Shown here piece after piece: positions 16,946 to 20,000 of a DNA stretch of 20,000 nucleotides (within the stretch, counting starts at the first letter, position 1; each line of letters starts with the position of its first letter). Source of the DNA: an uncultured virus (IMG/VR IMGVR_UViG_3300046009_012017) (lineage: Duplodnaviria > Heunggongvirae > Uroviricota > Caudoviricetes). The stretch lies in IMG/VR virus record IMGVR_UViG_3300046009_012017; one strand, given 5' to 3'. The translations under genes and the position numbers were made by a program. Below the pieces are notes generated by a model. The model ran no database searches. It was given only the letters and a program-made list of their open reading frames with translations, and was not told the origin of the DNA.

Positions 16946-16967
16946 GACTGTGGTTATGAGATATATA

Positions 16968-17408
16968 TTATTTGTTTTCGATAAGAAGCTCTCCAAGAAC
17001 TTCTATCTTGCCGACAAGCTCCTGGAATTCCACTTGAGTGATATTCATAGAGTTTCTAGTTGCTTCATAAAGATCAGTTAATAGATCATCATACTCTCCT
17101 TTAAGATTATCCATATCTAATTCCCCGTCTACACTCTTTTGATAGTATGGAAGTTTAACATGAAAATGGTGATATGTTAATAAAGCATCTCCACCTTTTT
17201 CTTTTGCAGCCTTGGATATTTTTGTTGCGCCAGCTAATCTATTCTCTGAAAATTCTTGTAGTGTCTCTTTTTCTTCGTTTACATCGGAATTTTCTTTTAC
17301 ACAGTTAGGTACAGGTCTACCGTCTTTATCCTTGGTTCCAATTTGCTTGTAACCAGCCCAGCAAGGTCCTTTTTTTTCGAGTATAAATTTGTCGTAATCT
17401 AGTATCAT
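16968..17408 (-). CDS. Hypothetical phage protein with PCWxGYxxxGxKxKxGRxVPNCV motif
   Basis: Motif I recall from T4-like/large phage proteins; N-terminus MILDYDKFILE; GATATATA on the minus strand at 17413-17420. Confidence 0.75.
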   Translation of the reverse strand: MILDYDKFILEKKGPCWAGYKQIGTKDKDGRPVPNCVKENSDVNEEKETLQEFSENRLAGATKISKAAKEKGGDALLTYHHFHVKLPYYQKSVDGELDMDNLKGEYDDLLTDLYEATRNSMNITQVEFQELVGKIEVLGELLIENK

Positions 17409-17445
17409 ATCCTATATATCACGAAAGATATATACATTACCTAAT

Positions 17446-17811
17446 ATGAAAAATATTTATACCTATAACGACTTCATTAATGAAGGCAAAGATCCAAAGA
17501 AAGGTTCAGGTAAAAAACCTAAAGGATCCGGTAGAAGACTTTACACGGATGAAAATCCGGACGATACTGTACCGATAAAATTCAGAACTAAGGAAGATGT
17601 ACAGGAAACTGTTAACAGCAGTGCTTTTAAATCTAAAACACACCAAAGACAATCTCAGATTTTAAATCTAATAGAACAAAGGCTTCGTGTTGCAGTAAGA
17701 GAAGCAAAAGATCCATCCACTAAGAGAAGACTAAAGAGAGCACACGAATATGCTTTACTAAAATGTGAATCTTCTAAAAGAAAAACCCAGAGGGTTAAAG
17801 ATAACAGGTGA
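17446..17811 (+). CDS. Basic hypothetical phage protein (KDPKKGSGKKPKGSGRRLYTDENP motif)
   Basis: N-terminus MKNIYTYNDFINE; GATATATA at 17427-17434. Confidence 0.78.
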   Translation: MKNIYTYNDFINEGKDPKKGSGKKPKGSGRRLYTDENPDDTVPIKFRTKEDVQETVNSSAFKSKTHQRQSQILNLIEQRLRVAVREAKDPSTKRRLKRAHEYALLKCESSKRKTQRVKDNR

Positions 17812-17833
17812 CTCTATTAATAATAAGAATTCG

Positions 17834-18202
17834 ATGAATAATCATATAAAGATAACCGGACTAGGAATAGAAATATACAATAAAGATTTTGTATCTATGA
17901 AATGGGGCAAGGCATTCGATATGGCTTTAAGATTAGGAGATGGATGGAGACTTCCTACCATAGAAGAAATGAGAATAGTAAGATCCATAAGAGATGTAGG
18001 AGGAATTGGAAATTTTCCTCGATATAAAGAATTTGACGATTATTATTACTGGACATCTAGAGAGGGGGAAACATTAAACTCAAGAACAACTTTAGCAGAC
18101 GGATCTGTTGCTTACGCATATTTTTTTGATATAGGTGATGGGGAATTTTCACACAATAAAAAATCATACGAACTTAGGGTTAGGTTTGTCAGAGATATAT
18201 AG
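17834..18202 (+). CDS. DUF1566/Lcl C-terminal-like (C-type lectin fold) protein
   Basis: W..A...A..LGDGWRLPTIEE...YYWTS...AY..F..G...VRFVR; probable start ATG 17834. Confidence 0.75.
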   Translation: MNNHIKITGLGIEIYNKDFVSMKWGKAFDMALRLGDGWRLPTIEEMRIVRSIRDVGGIGNFPRYKEFDDYYYWTSREGETLNSRTTLADGSVAYAYFFDIGDGEFSHNKKSYELRVRFVRDI

Positions 18203-18205
18203 AAT

Positions 18206-19057
18206 ATGCCAACATCAAGACCTTTCGCATATAATCCAACACAAGCAACAATTTCTGGAACTACAAATGTAGGTACATTATGCGTAGGTGTATCTGCTTT
18301 AAACTATGGTGCAAATCCAGGAGGACTAACTTGGTGGATGGGTCCGGACGAGGATAATTCTTATATAATAGCTAAAGATGTACCATCCGGCGATTTTCCA
18401 ACACCAGTAGGTAGTATAGGTACTGTACAATTCTGGGGATGCTCTAATACAGATGAAGCTTTTAGAAGTACAGTACAAATAATAAGCGGTATTACACAAG
18501 CATCTGCTTCAGCTGCTAATGCTTGGTTAACAGCAAATAACTATTGGACTAATCGGGATCCGTATCTTGCAGGCTTATACAAAACAACTTACAGTGGTTA
18601 TTTTAATGATAATGTTAGTTTCTTTGCAACAGCAACTCCTGCATCTGTAGGCGGAAATCCTGCTACATCAGTACAAACTACTTCTATATTTGAACCTTCT
18701 CAGAATGATGGAGAAAATTTCAGTTGTCAGTGGTTAGGATATTTCAAACCAACCACTACAGAAACATATACTTTTTTCACATCATCTGATGATGCGTCAT
18801 ATGTGTGGATAGGTTCAAATGCACAGACAGGTTTTACCACAGGAAACTCTACAGTTAATAATGGAGGACTTCACGGAACTTTAGAGAAATCAGGCTCAAT
18901 TGCATTAACTGCTGGTACATATTATCAAATAAGAATACAATTTGGAGAACTAAGTGGAGGCGATGTTATGACATTTAATTTCTCAACCCCTACTATCTCG
19001 AAAACAACCAATGTAACAGGACTAGTATTTTATAATCCGTCCACTAATGGATTCTAA
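18206..19057 (+). CDS. PA14/GLEYA-domain protein, probable virion carbohydrate-binding protein
   Basis: NFSCQWLGYFKPTTTETYTFFTSSDDASYVWIG...NNGGLHG...L.AG.YYQIRIQFGE..GG. Confidence 0.88.
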   Translation: MPTSRPFAYNPTQATISGTTNVGTLCVGVSALNYGANPGGLTWWMGPDEDNSYIIAKDVPSGDFPTPVGSIGTVQFWGCSNTDEAFRSTVQIISGITQASASAANAWLTANNYWTNRDPYLAGLYKTTYSGYFNDNVSFFATATPASVGGNPATSVQTTSIFEPSQNDGENFSCQWLGYFKPTTTETYTFFTSSDDASYVWIGSNAQTGFTTGNSTVNNGGLHGTLEKSGSIALTAGTYYQIRIQFGELSGGDVMTFNFSTPTISKTTNVTGLVFYNPSTNGF

Positions 19058-19093
19058 TTCAATAATTAGATATATAGACTATAAAAAAAAGAA

Positions 19094-19372
19094 ATGAAAT
19101 ACCTAAAAAAATATCAAGACAATAATCGCAATATTAACGAAGGGTTTTGGGATTCCATTTTTGGAAAACCCACTGTTGATGACGCTGCTCACGATTCTCT
19201 TAGAGGCCAAGGATTTAGTCACAGAGGTAAAGACGAAGAAAACTACATCATGTTCCAGGGACAAAAATTTTATCCTGAGCAGATTCAGTATGATGACGTT
19301 TACTCGACTAAGCCTATCCCAAGAGTAGAGAATGGGATGCTTATAGTTGCTAATCCTGCTTGGAATCTATAA
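19094..19372 (+). CDS. Hypothetical protein with CTS-like N-terminus (MKYLKKYQD...INE)
   Basis: 92 aa; GATATATA at 19069-19076. Confidence 0.75.
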   Translation: MKYLKKYQDNNRNINEGFWDSIFGKPTVDDAAHDSLRGQGFSHRGKDEENYIMFQGQKFYPEQIQYDDVYSTKPIPRVENGMLIVANPAWNL

Positions 19373-19412
19373 AAAAAATAAAAAATCATTTTTTTATACT
19401 GAAACTTTTATC

Positions 19413-19420
19413 TACTTTTG
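19413..19420 (+). promoter_or_regulatory. Bacteroidota-type -7 element upstream of tRNA operon 2
   Basis: TACTTTTG preceded by TGAAACTTTT, the same context as at 9965-9984. Confidence 0.5.
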
Positions 19421-19451
19421 TAGTATATAAACAAAACAACAAAAAAATTCA

Positions 19452-19529
19452 ATGCAACAATTTCTAAATATCGGAATAGATGCTCAGCTCGATCTTCTTG
19501 AGGATATTGGAAAGTGTCAGAGGAAATAA
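19452..19529 (+). CDS. Putative attenuator leader peptide 2 (MQQFLNIGIDAQLDLLEDIGKCQRK)
   Basis: 25-codon ORF enriched in GAT/CTN/GAG codons; the 3' end overlaps the antiterminator strand. Confidence 0.68.
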   Translation: MQQFLNIGIDAQLDLLEDIGKCQRK

Positions 19530-19579
19530 ATTTATATAAAGATACAATTTAAACCTCTGATAACCTCAGAGGTTTTTTT
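19515..19579 (+). terminator. Attenuator 2: antiterminator (19515-19523/19554-19562) versus terminator (19551-19560/19566-19575 plus T tract)
   Basis: TGTCAGAGG pairs with CCTCTGATA; alternatively AAACCTCTGA pairs with TCAGAGGTTT, followed by TTTT. Confidence 0.8.
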
Positions 19580-19588
19580 GTTTTTATA

Positions 19589-19600
19589 TGTTCTTTGAAA
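19589..19600 (+). promoter_or_regulatory. boxA-like element
   Basis: TGTTCTTTGAAA 4 nt before tRNA-Glu. Confidence 0.65.
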
Positions 19601-19604
19601 TTAT

Positions 19605-19676
19605 GGTCGGTTCATCTAGGGGTCAGGATACAAGGTTTTCATCCTTGTCACACGGGTTCGAATCCCGTACCGACTA
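19605..19676 (+). tRNA. tRNA-Glu(TTC)
   Basis: CAAGG-TTTTCAT-CCTTG anticodon arm; canonical T arm. Confidence 0.93.
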
Positions 19677-19751
19677 CAAAGGGGGAAAATAGTTAGAAGG
19701 GCCTTTCCTGAAAGATGGCACGCTAGGCCCGTATTTGAACCCTTTAATTTA

Positions 19752-19825
19752 GGTCCGTTAGTAGAGTTGGTCACAACGCCGCCCTGTCACGGCGGAGGTC
19801 ATGGGTTCGAATCCCATACGGACCG
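19752..19825 (+). tRNA. tRNA-Asp(GTC)
   Basis: CCGCC-CTGTCAC-GGCGG anticodon arm; G73. Confidence 0.93.
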
Positions 19826-19832
19826 CAAACAT

Positions 19833-19905
<73 letters not shown>

Positions 19906-19909
19906 CTAA

Positions 19910-19990
19910 GCCCAGGTGGTGAAATGGTATACACGCTAGTCTTAGGAACTAGTGACGTAAGTCGTGAGGGTTCGAGTCCCTCCCTGGGTA
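19910..19990 (+). tRNA. tRNA-Leu(TAG)
   Basis: CTAGT-CTTAGGA-ACTAG anticodon arm; long variable arm. Confidence 0.94.
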
Positions 19991-20000
19991 CTATGAAGAT

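Noticed and set aside
17834..18202. DUF1566-like gene as a diversity-generating retroelement target
   Set aside because: No reverse transcriptase or template repeat is visible in this window.

Overview
AT-rich, gene-dense window that looks like part of a large (jumbo/T4-like) phage genome. The host is probably Bacteroidota (TAnnTTTG promoters, no obvious Shine-Dalgarno sequences), and the standard genetic code fits. Recognisable proteins: hotdog acyl-CoA thioesterase, cyclic-phosphate-processing receiver-like protein, GT2-like protein, metallophosphoesterase, flavodoxin-like reductase, Gly-Ser-Thr collagen-like fibre protein, thioredoxin, TROVE/Ro60 protein, FkbM methyltransferase, DUF1566-like protein and PA14 protein. 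There are two tRNA clusters. Main observations: (1) each tRNA cluster is preceded by a short leader ORF enriched in the codons its own tRNAs read, overlapping mutually exclusive antiterminator/terminator hairpins and followed by a boxA-like element, which suggests ribosome-stalling attenuators that switch on phage tRNA operons when those tRNAs become limiting; (2) an array of three covarying structured RNA units lies directly upstream of the TROVE/Ro60 gene (candidate non-canonical Y RNAs); (3) a UAU-anticodon tRNA-Ile sits next to a lysidine-type tRNA-Ile2, and there is an aberrant tRNA-like RNA; (4) a GATATATA putative late promoter precedes many proteins sharing an N-terminus resembling the T4 capsid-targeting sequence. 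All structures were read by eye; no searches or folding programs were run.
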